Shown here: positions 16,047 to 27,600 of the stretch, one piece after another | How the letters are laid out: each line of letters begins with the position of its first letter | How positions within the stretch are numbered: position 1 is the first letter of the stretch | From: a virus | Taxonomy: Duplodnaviria > Caudoviricetes | DNA: 35,484 bases | Strand: one strand, 5' to 3' | Virus record (IMG/VR): IMGVR_UViG_3300030397_000075 | Coordinates: 1-35,484 of that record | Translations under genes and position numbers: made by a program | The notes under the pieces: model-generated | The model's database searches: none | Seen by the model: the letters and a program-made list of their open reading frames with translations, nothing else | Told to the model about the DNA's origin: nothing

Positions 16047-16569
16047 CCCAACTATACCGACTCTCTCTGACCCTAAAGGGCTTGATGTGCTGCTTGCTGA
16101 ATTGCAAACGGTACTCGAAACTATTACATGGCTTGATACGGCCTATGGGCAAAGTGAGAAGCACCACGATCAACAGGAGGGTGTATACCCTACCTTATAT
16201 GCTGGAGGTGACTATCTGAAGATGAAACCAGACGAGCACTTGGGTAACATCTGCTTCTTTATGAGTGAAGATCCGCAAAAGATCAAAGCCAACCACCTGA
16301 GCACAGAAGAGAGCGGTATGATGAAGTTGGTGTTCTTCTTCAACTGGGAGAACGTATACGTCGATCACACTCAAAGAACTTACGAAAACATCAAATACGA
16401 TGTGCTTGAAAAACTGCGCAACCCTGGTATTGCGAATGGGAGGATAGAAGTAAAGGCATTTTATAAGGATGCTTTGAGTATCTGGAAGGGCTATAAGGTT
16501 GATCCTTCAATGAGGCCGTATGGCGTGTGTGCATTTGACATTGAATACAAAACATACGGGACATGCTAG
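16033..16569 (+). CDS. tail terminator-like protein (TTG start)
   Basis: Position and size; start uncertain. Confidence 0.5.
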   Translation: MSITNPTIPTLSDPKGLDVLLAELQTVLETITWLDTAYGQSEKHHDQQEGVYPTLYAGGDYLKMKPDEHLGNICFFMSEDPQKIKANHLSTEESGMMKLVFFFNWENVYVDHTQRTYENIKYDVLEKLRNPGIANGRIEVKAFYKDALSIWKGYKVDPSMRPYGVCAFDIEYKTYGTC

Positions 16570-17294
16570 AGAAGACGATAAACGGGGTGGATGTGGTTCT
16601 ATATAACTCAATTGATGAATTACCGGCCAGTAGGTACCATTGGTTCAACAGGCAGCTGATGATAGATAGCGGAGTTGGTAGCGATCTAAACGCCTTCAAC
16701 CGCAGGTGCCAAAACATCAAGAATTTAATACACAAAGATCCGGCAAAAGCTCATCAAGAGGTAGCCAACCTGCAAGGGACGGTGTATTTCATCATGAACA
16801 ACATTAGCCCAAAGATGAGCGCGTTTTGCGCCTTGGTGCATTCGGTAGCTGGCAATGTGATCATGGGCGAGATGTCGAACGAGAAAGTCGAGTACATCAT
16901 GTCGGAGCTAAACAGCACCCCACATTCATTTTTCGAGCGAATGATAAAGAACGCTCAAAGAACCTTGCGCAGGGAGATGCAAGCCTTTTTTAAGTCGGGC
17001 AACAACGGAGCAACCAAGCAGTACTACCAAAACTTGCAGACGGCTCTTGAGAAGGAGCTACAGAACATCCAGGATGGCGAGTTGGAGGGTGATGTGACTG
17101 AGTTGGATAAGTTTCTCATGGAGAGCGAGGTAATCAAGAACTACCTCGGTGCTGATGGCTTCCAGATCAAGGATATAAACGGGTATGAGAAAGCCTGTGC
17201 CATTATAAGCAAGTATTTCGGGGATAACGCCAAGGAGTTAAGCACCCTTGAATTTCACCACCGTACAAACCTAATGAAAGAGGCCGCGAAGTGA
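16563..17294 (+). CDS. probable tail assembly chaperone
   Basis: Helical protein directly upstream of the tape measure gene. Confidence 0.55.
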   Translation: MLEKTINGVDVVLYNSIDELPASRYHWFNRQLMIDSGVGSDLNAFNRRCQNIKNLIHKDPAKAHQEVANLQGTVYFIMNNISPKMSAFCALVHSVAGNVIMGEMSNEKVEYIMSELNSTPHSFFERMIKNAQRTLRREMQAFFKSGNNGATKQYYQNLQTALEKELQNIQDGELEGDVTELDKFLMESEVIKNYLGADGFQIKDINGYEKACAIISKYFGDNAKELSTLEFHHRTNLMKEAAK

Positions 17295-20200
17295 GTTATA
17301 ACCCAATATATAGCAGTGATCTTTTTAAAGATGATGGTTCTATAAAGAACCTGATCGAGCAAGTCAAAGAGCTTGACGCGATCATGTCGATATTGGATAA
17401 GCAGCGAGCAACCAACGAAAAAAGGGCTAAGAAAATGCAACAGAGCGTTCGCAAAATGAACGCAACGCAAATAGAGCATCAAGAGGTTTTGGAGGATGAA
17501 GTGAGGGAGATAGCGAGGTTGCGCGATCAACAGGTAAAACTCACCAAAGCCCAAGAGAGGTTAAACGCCTCCAGGACTGAAGCCGGCCTTCGCTTGGCAG
17601 ACATCAAAGAACAACAGCGCAAGGTAAACCAGATCAACAAGCTGACAGTGAAGTTGGTCAATAGTGCTGAAGGTTCATATGATAAACTGAGTGCACAATA
17701 TAGCCTCAACAAGATCAAGCTCAACCAAATGAGCGAAGCCCAAAGGCAGAACACCGAAGAGGGGCAGAAACTCGAACAGCAGACACGGGAGATATACGAA
17801 GAGATGAAACGCCTTCAGGAGGCCACCGGTAAGTTTGCACTCAATGTAGGTGATTATGAAAACAGCGTCCGAAAAGTCCTCAAAGAGCAAAGCAAGCTCT
17901 ACAAAGAATTAGTACAAACCAGAGAAGAGTACGAAGCATTACCGCGAAGTCTCAAGCAGAATGTCGCAGTTGCTAAAGAGTATGAAGCCACTATTGCGGG
18001 TATAGAGTCGCAATTGGAGGGCATGAGTGCTCAAACTGGCCAGACAGTAAAGGATCTGGACAAAGCAGCTAAAGAAACTGAAGACCTTACCGATCAATTA
18101 GAGCAATTACCAGGGGCAGCCGGTGCGGGTGTATCGGGGCTCAGAGGTTTGGGTAGGCAGTTTAAGGTACTCGCTCGAAACCCGTTTATTGCTACCATCG
18201 CTATTATAGTTGGTGCGCTGGCCGGACTTGGTGCCGCATTTACACGAAGCGAAAAGGGTGCTCAATTACTCGCACGAGCAACAGGTGTGCTACAAGGCAT
18301 ATTTTCTTCAATTGTGGATATATCCGTAGCCGTTGCCGATAAGATCGAGTACGCTTGGAATAACCCACAACAAGCATTGAAAGAATTGGGTGAAGCCATA
18401 GGTAAAAACCTGTTGAACCGCTTGGAGTCAGTTGTTGACTTTGCCGGTGCTGCGGGTGATGCTCTTGCGGCTGCATTTTCTCTTGATCTGGATGGATTAA
18501 AGAAAGCGGGTGAGGACGGTCTTCGAGCGGTCAATAAATTCACCACGGGACTTGATGAACAGGGGCAAAAGGAGTTCACCAAGGCGATCAAGGAGACAGT
18601 AACTGAGATAGAGCGAGAAACCAACGCTTTTGCAAAATTATTTAATGAAAAACGCGAAATAGCAAAACAAAATAGGGAGATAGCCAAGAGCCTTGAAAAC
18701 GCTATTACTGAAGAAGAAAAATACAGATCCGTAGCCGATGACATCACGAAGTCTTTTGCCGAAAGAGAAGCCGCAGCCGAGGCGGCAAGAGAAGCCACCG
18801 AGAGAAGAGCGGTATTCGAGAGGCAACTGGCAGAGAATAGGCTTAAAGTCCTTAATGCGGAGATTGATCTTCGGAGTCAGAACGGGGAAAACGTAGAAGT
18901 ACTACTTGATCAGCAACTAGAAGCATACCGGCAGTTGGCCGCAGCCGAAAGGGAGTATACACTGGCAGTAAGAGAGAATGAGCGCACACGCGATGAATTG
19001 AAGCAAGACAGGCTGGAAAGAGACCTTGATATACTCATAGATGGGTTTGACAACCAAAAGACGGTTAATGAGCGGTTGATAGCTGATGAGGAGTTGACGG
19101 CCAAGAAAAGAGGCGACATACTGGAGCAGACTAGAAAACTGGCCGATGATAGCTTTAGAGAGCAGATCAAAACCATTCAGGAGTTCACCGGTGCGCAAGT
19201 AGACGCGAATGAGCTGATCAACGAAAGCGACGCGGTTGCCCTCAACCAGAAGATAAGAAGCCTTGGTTTAAGTGAGATCATCGAGGGTCGGTTATTGGAG
19301 ATCGTACGAGATCGAAAGAGTGCTATCCAGGACTTGGCAGATGCAGAGCGGGATCTGATCAATAGCCAAATACAACAGTCCGAAAACGAACAGAAAACAT
19401 TCGAGGAGCGGGCAAAGATCATTGATGATGCAGCACTGAGTGTGGAGGCGTTGTACCAAAGGGAGATCGACGCGGCTATGGGTAAAGAGAATGAGTTATC
19501 CTTGATCGAGGTGGCAGAGCAAAGGCGTCTTGCCCGACTGGGAAAACTAACAGAAGCCCAGATAAAACTCGAAGAAGATAAATCCGATGCCGCCAAAGAA
19601 GCAGTTGATAAGAAGATAGAAGCCCTGGAGTTGGAATTGCAGGTTGAAGAGAGCGCAATTGAGGCGAGTAAGAAAACCGAGATCGAGAAGCAAAAAGCCC
19701 AGACCGAGCTACTTATAAGAGGCTTGCAAAGAAGGCTTGAGATACTAAAGACAGCCGGTGCCGCAGCAACTAAAGAAGAAATAGAGATCATTCAAAACCA
19801 GATCAAAGCGGCTCAGAATGAATTGGAGAGCCTAAACGGTGTGGATGTGGATATATACTCCTTACTGGGGTTGGACATTACAGACGAGGATAAAGCGAAC
19901 CTAAACTCATCATTTGAGCAGGTAAAAAACCAACTCGTCGAAATGGCAAATTTCAGGCGTCAAGTTGCTGATCGCAACGTGCAGGCATCAAGGGATGAGG
20001 TTGCACAGGCACAGCGAGCTTTGGATGCTGAAATACAAAACCGTAATGCGGGGTTTGCTCATATGGTGCAAACAAAAGAGAAGGAGCTGGCAGATGCAAA
20101 AAAACGTCAAAAAGAAGCCCTAAAAGAGCAAAGACAAGCGGAGCAGCAGCAACGACTTATACAGCAAGCGCAACAGGCCTCAAACCTAGTTACAGCTACA

Positions 20201-20755
20201 TCAAAAATACTCGCTCAAAAGGGTGATCCTATTATTGCTGCAATTTCAATTGGCTTAATGTGGTCAACCTTTATTGCTTCTCAATTACGTGCATCTCAGA
20301 TCACCAAGAGGAAGTTTGGTAAAGGTGGTTACGAAGTTGTTGGCGGCGGCACACATGCAGAGGGGAAAGACACCTATGCAGGTTTTGATGTGAACGGTCA
20401 ACCTGCTTATGTGGAGAGAGGTGAAGGCGTTTCGATCATTCGAGCAAGCCGGCAGAAGAAGTACGGGCCTTTGATGAAGAAATTGACCGAGGCCAGCAAT
20501 AAAGGACGGTTAAATGTATCTCAAATTGAGAGCATTACGAACATCGTAAACGGGCAAGAAGCTGGACGCATCAATGCCTATGTGACCGGTTCGGTGAAAG
20601 AGTTACAACCTCTTATAAGCCAAACCCAGACGAACATTGACACAACCCGCATGGAGCGGTTACTGACAGATATAAAGCGGAGTGTATCAACTGTATACGA
20701 TGCGCAAGGACGAATTACCAAACGTGATAATGTAACCTATGTCTACGCCTCGTAA
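17291..20755 (+). CDS. tape measure protein
   Basis: 1154 aa, A/E/K/Q-rich coiled coil; LNVGDYEN motif; hydrophobic NPFIATIAIIVGALAGLG segment; C-terminal KFGKGG...GGTHAEG. Confidence 0.92.
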   Translation: MSYNPIYSSDLFKDDGSIKNLIEQVKELDAIMSILDKQRATNEKRAKKMQQSVRKMNATQIEHQEVLEDEVREIARLRDQQVKLTKAQERLNASRTEAGLRLADIKEQQRKVNQINKLTVKLVNSAEGSYDKLSAQYSLNKIKLNQMSEAQRQNTEEGQKLEQQTREIYEEMKRLQEATGKFALNVGDYENSVRKVLKEQSKLYKELVQTREEYEALPRSLKQNVAVAKEYEATIAGIESQLEGMSAQTGQTVKDLDKAAKETEDLTDQLEQLPGAAGAGVSGLRGLGRQFKVLARNPFIATIAIIVGALAGLGAAFTRSEKGAQLLARATGVLQGIFSSIVDISVAVADKIEYAWNNPQQALKELGEAIGKNLLNRLESVVDFAGAAGDALAAAFSLDLDGLKKAGEDGLRAVNKFTTGLDEQGQKEFTKAIKETVTEIERETNAFAKLFNEKREIAKQNREIAKSLENAITEEEKYRSVADDITKSFAEREAAAEAAREATERRAVFERQLAENRLKVLNAEIDLRSQNGENVEVLLDQQLEAYRQLAAAEREYTLAVRENERTRDELKQDRLERDLDILIDGFDNQKTVNERLIADEELTAKKRGDILEQTRKLADDSFREQIKTIQEFTGAQVDANELINESDAVALNQKIRSLGLSEIIEGRLLEIVRDRKSAIQDLADAERDLINSQIQQSENEQKTFEERAKIIDDAALSVEALYQREIDAAMGKENELSLIEVAEQRRLARLGKLTEAQIKLEEDKSDAAKEAVDKKIEALELELQVEESAIEASKKTEIEKQKAQTELLIRGLQRRLEILKTAGAAATKEEIEIIQNQIKAAQNELESLNGVDVDIYSLLGLDITDEDKANLNSSFEQVKNQLVEMANFRRQVADRNVQASRDEVAQAQRALDAEIQNRNAGFAHMVQTKEKELADAKKRQKEALKEQRQAEQQQRLIQQAQQASNLVTATSKILAQKGDPIIAAISIGLMWSTFIASQLRASQITKRKFGKGGYEVVGGGTHAEGKDTYAGFDVNGQPAYVERGEGVSIIRASRQKKYGPLMKKLTEASNKGRLNVSQIESITNIVNGQEAGRINAYVTGSVKELQPLISQTQTNIDTTRMERLLTDIKRSVSTVYDAQGRITKRDNVTYVYAS

Positions 20756-22886
20756 ATACAGGTTCAATATCACATGGGATGGCACAACGAATGTGCTCGA
20801 TCCTGACTATGCCGGCACGAAGCGTACAGCAAGAGAGTCGGGGTATCAGTTCTATCGGGATGAGTGGAACGGCAGTTTGGTGTTCTGGAGAGAGAATGCG
20901 GATGCACTAATTGCTGCACCTATCTCGACAAGGTTCGATGTTCTTATTGAGTGGAAAGATAAGGATGGCTACTATCAAACAGAGTTTGAAGGCTTCTTCA
21001 CAAGGATCGACTTCGAGATCGACGAAGAAGATAGAAAAGTAACGGTAAAACCAAATAGGACAGACGCCTACACCCCTATTTTGGACAACAAGGAGTTAGA
21101 GGTTGACCTGGTAGCCGAGGACTGCCCAACGACACCAATTAAGTTCAAAAGAAACCCCGCGGTACAGATATACTTCAGGTCAGCCGGAGGTGATGCAGCA
21201 GCGCACCAAGAGATCATGACGATCATTGGCGATAACTACTTTTCAAGTTACGTTACTGATCCATTAGTCACATCTCAGGACTTACAGAATAAATACCACT
21301 TTGCACAACTCCCACAAATGGGATATATACCCGACACGGGGCTTACGCCTAACGTATCAGGACAGTACAGGATAGAAAGCATCTTTGGTATCGGTTTAGT
21401 TTTTAGGCGCACTGACGGGCAGTATTACATCACTGGCCCGACCAACCCAGTGGACATTGGGATATACGATGCAACCAATACAAAGGTGTTTTCTACAGGT
21501 GCCGGCAAGTTAGCGGCCTCCCCTACTTATGCAGAGCAGTCAGAGGAGTTTGTAAGCGTATCAGATCCAAATGAGAAGTGCAGGTTCTTTTGGGCGGCTC
21601 CTTATGCGAGGGTATTGTGCAATGACGACGAGTTCGATGGCTCCCCTACTGAGGACATACCATCTGAAGATATAATTGAAGATCAACTCAACTACACCAA
21701 AGTAGCACCATACGAAAATGATGTGTGGATACAGATAAGAGAGTTGACACGGGTTGAACCGTCATCCTTACCAAAAGTACCAGCATGGGCAAACACAACG
21801 CCTGGAGAGTATCACATACAATTCCCCTACACACCAGATGCGGGTGTAAGGGAGTTGCCGCTATTCCCAGATAAATGGACATCAATAAGTTGGTGGTGGG
21901 TGCGTAATGCAACGGCAGATGCTAAGTTGACTCCAGTCACCCAAACGGTTGAGATAAAACATGCTTTCAAGTTGACAGATGTTGTCAAGACAGTTGCTGT
22001 CAAATTAGGGGCTCAAATTTCAAACGTTAGCAGTGAATTCTTTTACAATGCATCAAATGTCATACGAGCAGGCTTTGCAGAACCTTTCTTAATACCCAAG
22101 TCAAACGTAGCAATAAACGACTATGACGGGCCTGCTACACGAGCCGTAATTACATGGCAGAACATTGACACCTATTTGAGTGGATATAATGCAGGATGGA
22201 TCATCCAAGGCGACACATTGCGCATGGAGCATGTGAGTTGGTTCGAGAGAGGTGGGCATTACACTACCGATCAAATAGGGCTTGATCTTACAACCTCCTA
22301 CGCTCCGAATAGGGAAAAATGGAGTTATGGTCAATTGGTCTACAAATACGATAAACCGAACATCCCAGAACGTCAAGAATTCGACTGGGGTGAAGAGGTG
22401 AGCGACTTTTTTGCAGGCTATCCGATCATCTCAAAAAATGAGTACGTAAGCAAAGGCCAAACTGAGCAAATATCATTAGTGCCATTTATCTCAGATATAG
22501 AATACGTGATGTTCAGAGAAACCAGCTTAGAGGGCTTTGTCATGGTTGAATGCAAAGAGGTGGATAGCGAGTATTTGGTGACCTTCTATGGCTTTGACAA
22601 TAACGGGATATATGGAGAAATTCAAAATGGGCACTTGTCGCTATTCTACATGGCGGATAAGTACCACAGGCACTCACAGCCTACTGAGGACTTGGTTATC
22701 AATGGCCAAGACACGACGGCCAGTTCTGTAAAAAGAAACAAGTTACAAACGATAGAGCACCCAGATGTTGGGCTTGACCCGCTCCAATTGGTGACCACAA
22801 GAATAGGCAATGGTAAGGCTCGATCAGTCGAAAAGAACCTGATAACCGGAATGTTAAAAATAGAGTTAGAGCATGACACCGAATGA
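20739..22886 (+). CDS. tail tip / baseplate hub protein
   Basis: 715 aa, beta-rich, directly after the tape measure; WIIQGDTLRMEHVSWF. Confidence 0.65.
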   Translation: MSTPRKYRFNITWDGTTNVLDPDYAGTKRTARESGYQFYRDEWNGSLVFWRENADALIAAPISTRFDVLIEWKDKDGYYQTEFEGFFTRIDFEIDEEDRKVTVKPNRTDAYTPILDNKELEVDLVAEDCPTTPIKFKRNPAVQIYFRSAGGDAAAHQEIMTIIGDNYFSSYVTDPLVTSQDLQNKYHFAQLPQMGYIPDTGLTPNVSGQYRIESIFGIGLVFRRTDGQYYITGPTNPVDIGIYDATNTKVFSTGAGKLAASPTYAEQSEEFVSVSDPNEKCRFFWAAPYARVLCNDDEFDGSPTEDIPSEDIIEDQLNYTKVAPYENDVWIQIRELTRVEPSSLPKVPAWANTTPGEYHIQFPYTPDAGVRELPLFPDKWTSISWWWVRNATADAKLTPVTQTVEIKHAFKLTDVVKTVAVKLGAQISNVSSEFFYNASNVIRAGFAEPFLIPKSNVAINDYDGPATRAVITWQNIDTYLSGYNAGWIIQGDTLRMEHVSWFERGGHYTTDQIGLDLTTSYAPNREKWSYGQLVYKYDKPNIPERQEFDWGEEVSDFFAGYPIISKNEYVSKGQTEQISLVPFISDIEYVMFRETSLEGFVMVECKEVDSEYLVTFYGFDNNGIYGEIQNGHLSLFYMADKYHRHSQPTEDLVINGQDTTASSVKRNKLQTIEHPDVGLDPLQLVTTRIGNGKARSVEKNLITGMLKIELEHDTE

Positions 22887-24267
22887 TCTAAATACATTGA
22901 AGTGGTATAGCTCTATCACTGAGCGCAACCAGTCCCAGGAGAGGGCGACGGGTACCAAGTACAACTTGATCGCCTCGATATATAGGTTCCCTCCCTTTGA
23001 CTTCACATTCGAGCCAACGGGTGGATCAATTACGTATTTGAGGTTAACGAAGCTCGAAGATGGATCTGTGCACAACATCATCCAGCCTTTGGTGTCAACT
23101 GGGCTATCTGATAACCAAGAGAGCAACCAAGGCAACCCGTTCGATGCGTACCGATACCCTTCAAGTGCCAATGCTCCTTTGGGTATAGAACCTGGGGTGT
23201 ACTATGCAGAGATGCGCGACAATGCCGGTGGTAATTGGTGGAGCGATGACATACTGTTTGTGGATGACACAGATAAGATGGTGGTGCTGGAGTGGTGGCA
23301 TATGGAGAAGTTCTTCTATGCTGACCGGTTTATTAAGTACGACTACCCATATAAAGGGCGGTGTGTATTCCCAACGCACCCAGGTAAGCCCTTGTACCAA
23401 ATAGAAAAACAAGTTACTACACGCGATGGTAAAATTTTCCCGAGTCAAACGGTTTCTTATAAAGAACATCGTTTTTGGTTTGCTGCTCCTGAGCATCTAC
23501 TTGACGCACTTCGTACTGTGGATCAGCACGACTGCAAGCAAATTAAATTCAGAGGCAAAACATACGACCTTGATGAAATAAGGTTCAACCCTGAGTGGGT
23601 GCAAGATGGCAACCTAGCATGGGTTGAGTGCATCTTCATAACCGATACGGTGGCCGTGGTGAACGGTCGAGCTCTTGATGGTAAGAGCTATGATGCCGAA
23701 GACGGCACATGCTTAACAGCGCAATACACAGCCCTCACAGAGATGACACAAAGCGACCCTCGATACATAGCGAGGGAGTACAACGGGCAGCCTATGGAGG
23801 ACGGTGCACTATTTGTGATCATCGGGGCTTCTTTAGATGAAAAGGTACTGAGAGCCTATAACGAATCTGGCGACACATTCGACACGGTTGCCATCGCTCA
23901 GGATGACGTGGTATATGTGCAAGACACTGACACTTACTACATCCAGAAAACATACCTACAAGGCCCAGAGATCACGGAGATACTAGACACCCCAGACAGA
24001 GTGAAAGGGATCGTGTGGAGTGGTACAACCTTAGAGGTTTGGTTGAAAGACGACCTCAATAATGAATGGCTGGCCACGGTCGGTACGAGTGACGACTTTA
24101 CGGGTACAGGTATAGAATTTACTAAAGGTAACGCGACGTTCGTGCAGGTGCGCGTAAACAGCACGAGGTGCAACCAATTTGCAAATACGGCTTGGACTCC
24201 ATTTGATCAGGATGGTATTGGGTTCATGATCATCGAAGGAGGGCCACCAACAAATAGAGTAGGATAA
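22873..24267 (+). CDS. distal tail / tail structural protein
   Basis: Position; ends DGIGFMIIEGG. Confidence 0.55.
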   Translation: MTPNDLNTLKWYSSITERNQSQERATGTKYNLIASIYRFPPFDFTFEPTGGSITYLRLTKLEDGSVHNIIQPLVSTGLSDNQESNQGNPFDAYRYPSSANAPLGIEPGVYYAEMRDNAGGNWWSDDILFVDDTDKMVVLEWWHMEKFFYADRFIKYDYPYKGRCVFPTHPGKPLYQIEKQVTTRDGKIFPSQTVSYKEHRFWFAAPEHLLDALRTVDQHDCKQIKFRGKTYDLDEIRFNPEWVQDGNLAWVECIFITDTVAVVNGRALDGKSYDAEDGTCLTAQYTALTEMTQSDPRYIAREYNGQPMEDGALFVIIGASLDEKVLRAYNESGDTFDTVAIAQDDVVYVQDTDTYYIQKTYLQGPEITEILDTPDRVKGIVWSGTTLEVWLKDDLNNEWLATVGTSDDFTGTGIEFTKGNATFVQVRVNSTRCNQFANTAWTPFDQDGIGFMIIEGGPPTNRVG

Positions 24268-24659
24268 TGGTAACACTAGCACAGATCAAAGCGTGGTTTG
24301 AGACCGGAGATATACCGACACAGGCTGAATACGAAAGCACATGGGATAGCTTCCAGCATGTAGGTGACTATGTAGTTGAGGTGTTCGACTTTGCGGACAT
24401 ATCGAGTGGTTTTGCTGATGTCACTACACCCCTGCCGAACCCTAGTTTAAAAACAGATGCAGAGATACATCAAGCTATCCAAGTATTTGAGGGGCGCGGT
24501 ACGCTCTTCCCTTTGGATCACAACGTGGCTTTCGGGTTTCGAATTAACCACGGGCTTAATAACATCGAATTAATTAACAAGGATAATCATCCGACAATAA
24601 ACAGAATACCTCCGAACGGGACTCGGCTGGTCGTAAAGATCAATAAAAAATTTGTGTAG
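24267..24659 (+). CDS. small protein carrying a Bacteroidota-phage fibre N-terminal anchor-like motif
   Basis: LAQIKAWFETGDIPTQAEYESTWDSFQH resembles the (L/I)K.WF.TG..PTQ..F....DSF.H motif I recall at the start of Bacteroidota phage fibres. Confidence 0.6.
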   Translation: MVTLAQIKAWFETGDIPTQAEYESTWDSFQHVGDYVVEVFDFADISSGFADVTTPLPNPSLKTDAEIHQAIQVFEGRGTLFPLDHNVAFGFRINHGLNNIELINKDNHPTINRIPPNGTRLVVKINKKFV

Positions 24660-24660
24660 A

Positions 24661-27600
24661 ATGAAGAAGGTTCTTTTCATACTATTTTTGGGTTTAGTTG
24701 CAGGAGGGGCAGCTGCACAGGTTGACCCCTCCTACATTGATGCTCAAAGACCGGACAAAGAGGTGCTGATAACCAAGGACTCAGTGCTCACCTATTTTAA
24801 TTTGGGCTCATTCTTACAGGACTCCTTGGGCATTCCTTATGATAACCTGGCAAATGGAGCGGTGCTGGTTGGTAGCCCTTCTGGGGGTATTACCTCCTAC
24901 CCTTTACAATTTTACTATGCCAATGCAGATAAACTGCTTGGTATAGGTACAACAAGCCCAGAGGCCGGCATACATATAGCCAACAATAGGGTAAGCCTTG
25001 CTAAGTTCGAGCGGACTACCTCGGACAGTGCCTTTTTTGAATTAGTGAACTCCGTTCAAACCTACTATTTTCAGATCAACGAAGATGGTAGTTTTGAAAT
25101 CAAGCAGGGCAACGAAAGGCCGTTTAAGATAGGTGATCAAGTAGAGATAAACTCGCCTGTTTGGTTTAAAGACACTATTCGGAGTTATGACGGGACTACG
25201 GGTGCTGTGGGGCACGTATGGACTGTTGCAGCCAATGGTAAACCTGAATGGACAGATCCAGGAACCTTAACAAACGATGATCAGCGTTTCGATACGGCGG
25301 CTATTACAGATGATACGCTCTATTTATCGTTGACCGGTGATGGAGAGCCGGCTAAAGAAATAGACCTCAAGCCTTATTCGAATACTGCCGACGATCAGGC
25401 TATTGAGCAGTTCGATATATCTAATGACTCGTTGAGGCTAAAGCTAGAGAACAGCGCACAGGCGCGGGTGTTTTTAGAGGACTTCAAACAGGACACACAG
25501 AGCCTTTATGTAGTCGGGGATAGCTTAGCTATTAGAAGAGGAAATAAAGTTGACCTGAACGAACTGAGGACGTCACAGGAGGAGATTGAGGACATAGTTG
25601 GGGGTATGGTTTCAGGTAATACCGAGACAGATATAACCGTGGACTATGATGACCCTACTGGTAAGCTAAATTTTGTCGTATCTGGAGGAGGCGGTGGTTC
25701 TGATGATCAAACCGTGGACACATTCGAATTATCTGGCACTGATCTTCGCCTTTCTTTGGAGGGAGATGGGGAGCCTTTTAATGTGGTTGACCTATCTGGG
25801 TTAGGTGGTGGTACGGATGACCAAACAATTGACACCTTACAACTGAACGGCACCACATTAGAGATTAGCCTAGAAGACGATGCAGAGGCAAAACAAACCG
25901 TAGACTTGTCATCGCTCCAAGATGGTACGGGAACGGATGACCAAACAATTGATAAACTTAATCTAAACGGCACCACTTTAGAGGTTTCGCTTGAAGATGA
26001 CGGGGCCCCAGATGTTACCGTTGATTTATCGAGTTTACAGGACGGTACGGGTACGGATGATCAAGATTTAACCCTGACAGGCAACACGCTTGCAATTGAA
26101 AATGATCCAAATACCGATGTAGACCTTTCTCCCTACCTGGATAATACCGATGCCCAAACATTAAGTTTTGGGACAGGAACGGGTGACTTAACAATTACTA
26201 ACGGGAATACTGTCAGCTTAGATGGCCGGTATTTACAATCAGAAGTAGACGGGAGTATAACGAACGAGATTCAAACAATAGATACGGCTCGATTGGTAGG
26301 GACTAATTTAGAATTGAGTCTATCGGATGACAGCGAGGCAAAGAAAACCGTGGATTTATCTTCTTTACAAGATGGCACCGGAAGTGACGATCAGACCGTG
26401 GATAAGTTCAATTTAAATGGAACAATGCTTGAATTGAGTTTAGAGGATGACGGACAGCCAGACGAAACAGTTGACTTGTCATCTTTGCAGGACGGGACAG
26501 GAACAGACGATCAAGATCTTACATTAGTTGGTAATACATTATCCATTGAAAACGACCCTAATACGGATGTAGATTTAACCCCATATGAGAAATTAACTCA
26601 AACGGAAGTACAGGATTACGTTAAGCCAATGGTAACGGGCAATATCGAGACCTTGATAGATGTAACCGTAACAAGCCAAAGATTCGACTTTGTGGTAGAA
26701 GATGACCTTAGTTTATACGACAATACCACAAGTGGGTTTTTAACAAATGAGGTGGATGGTTCAGTTACAAACGAAATCCAGACCATTGACACCTTTCGCT
26801 TAGTCGGTACGACACTGGAAGGGAGCTTATCAAGTGATGGAGAAGCGAAGAAAACAGTTGACCTATCGAGCTTGCAAGATGGGGTATTCGATGCAGATGC
26901 AATCCATGATAATGTAGACGATGAGTTTAGCGGGGTTTCTCAAAAGCTAGAGCCTTCGAACGCTGACCGTATTTTGATAGAAGATAGTGGAGCGAGTTTC
27001 GCTAAAAAATGGATTCGGATAGATAGCCTTCCCAATGCTGGCGGTGGTGGTGGTTCTGATGGGGTGGCAACGGGTGGCACACATGATCAGATCAACAGAG
27101 AGTTAGATATAACCGTAGCCGCTCCAGGTAGTAATTTCTCAATTGATATAAGCGCACTACCAACAGACCTCGAAGACCTTACAGATGTGGGTCTTCCGAT
27201 AGCCTATACAAACAGGTTTGCGCTTTTAGCTGATGGGACAGATTTTCACGCGCGGGCTATTACTGAGGCCGATATATCCGACCTCCAAAGCTATTTAACA
27301 TCAGAGGTGGATGGAAGCGTAACGAATGAGCTGCAAACGATTGATACATTTAGATTGGTGGGTACTACGTTAGAGGCAAGTTTGTCGAGCGATAGTGAAG
27401 CAAAAAAGACAATAGACTTGTCTTCGCTTCAAGATGGAACCGGTACGGATAACCAGAATTTAGATGTAGGATCATTCAATACCACAAATGGCGAGTTGAC
27501 TATCGGTATCGAGGACGGAACCGATCAAGTAATAGATTTAGATGGCAGGTATTTAGAAACAGAAGTTGACGGTTCGGTTGTAAATGAGTTGCAAGGCTTT

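Noticed and set aside
16980-16996. T-run (GCCTTTTTTAAG) as a programmed frameshift in the tail chaperone
   Set aside because: It does not fit X XXY YYZ in the reading frame, and the ORF already runs up to the tape measure gene
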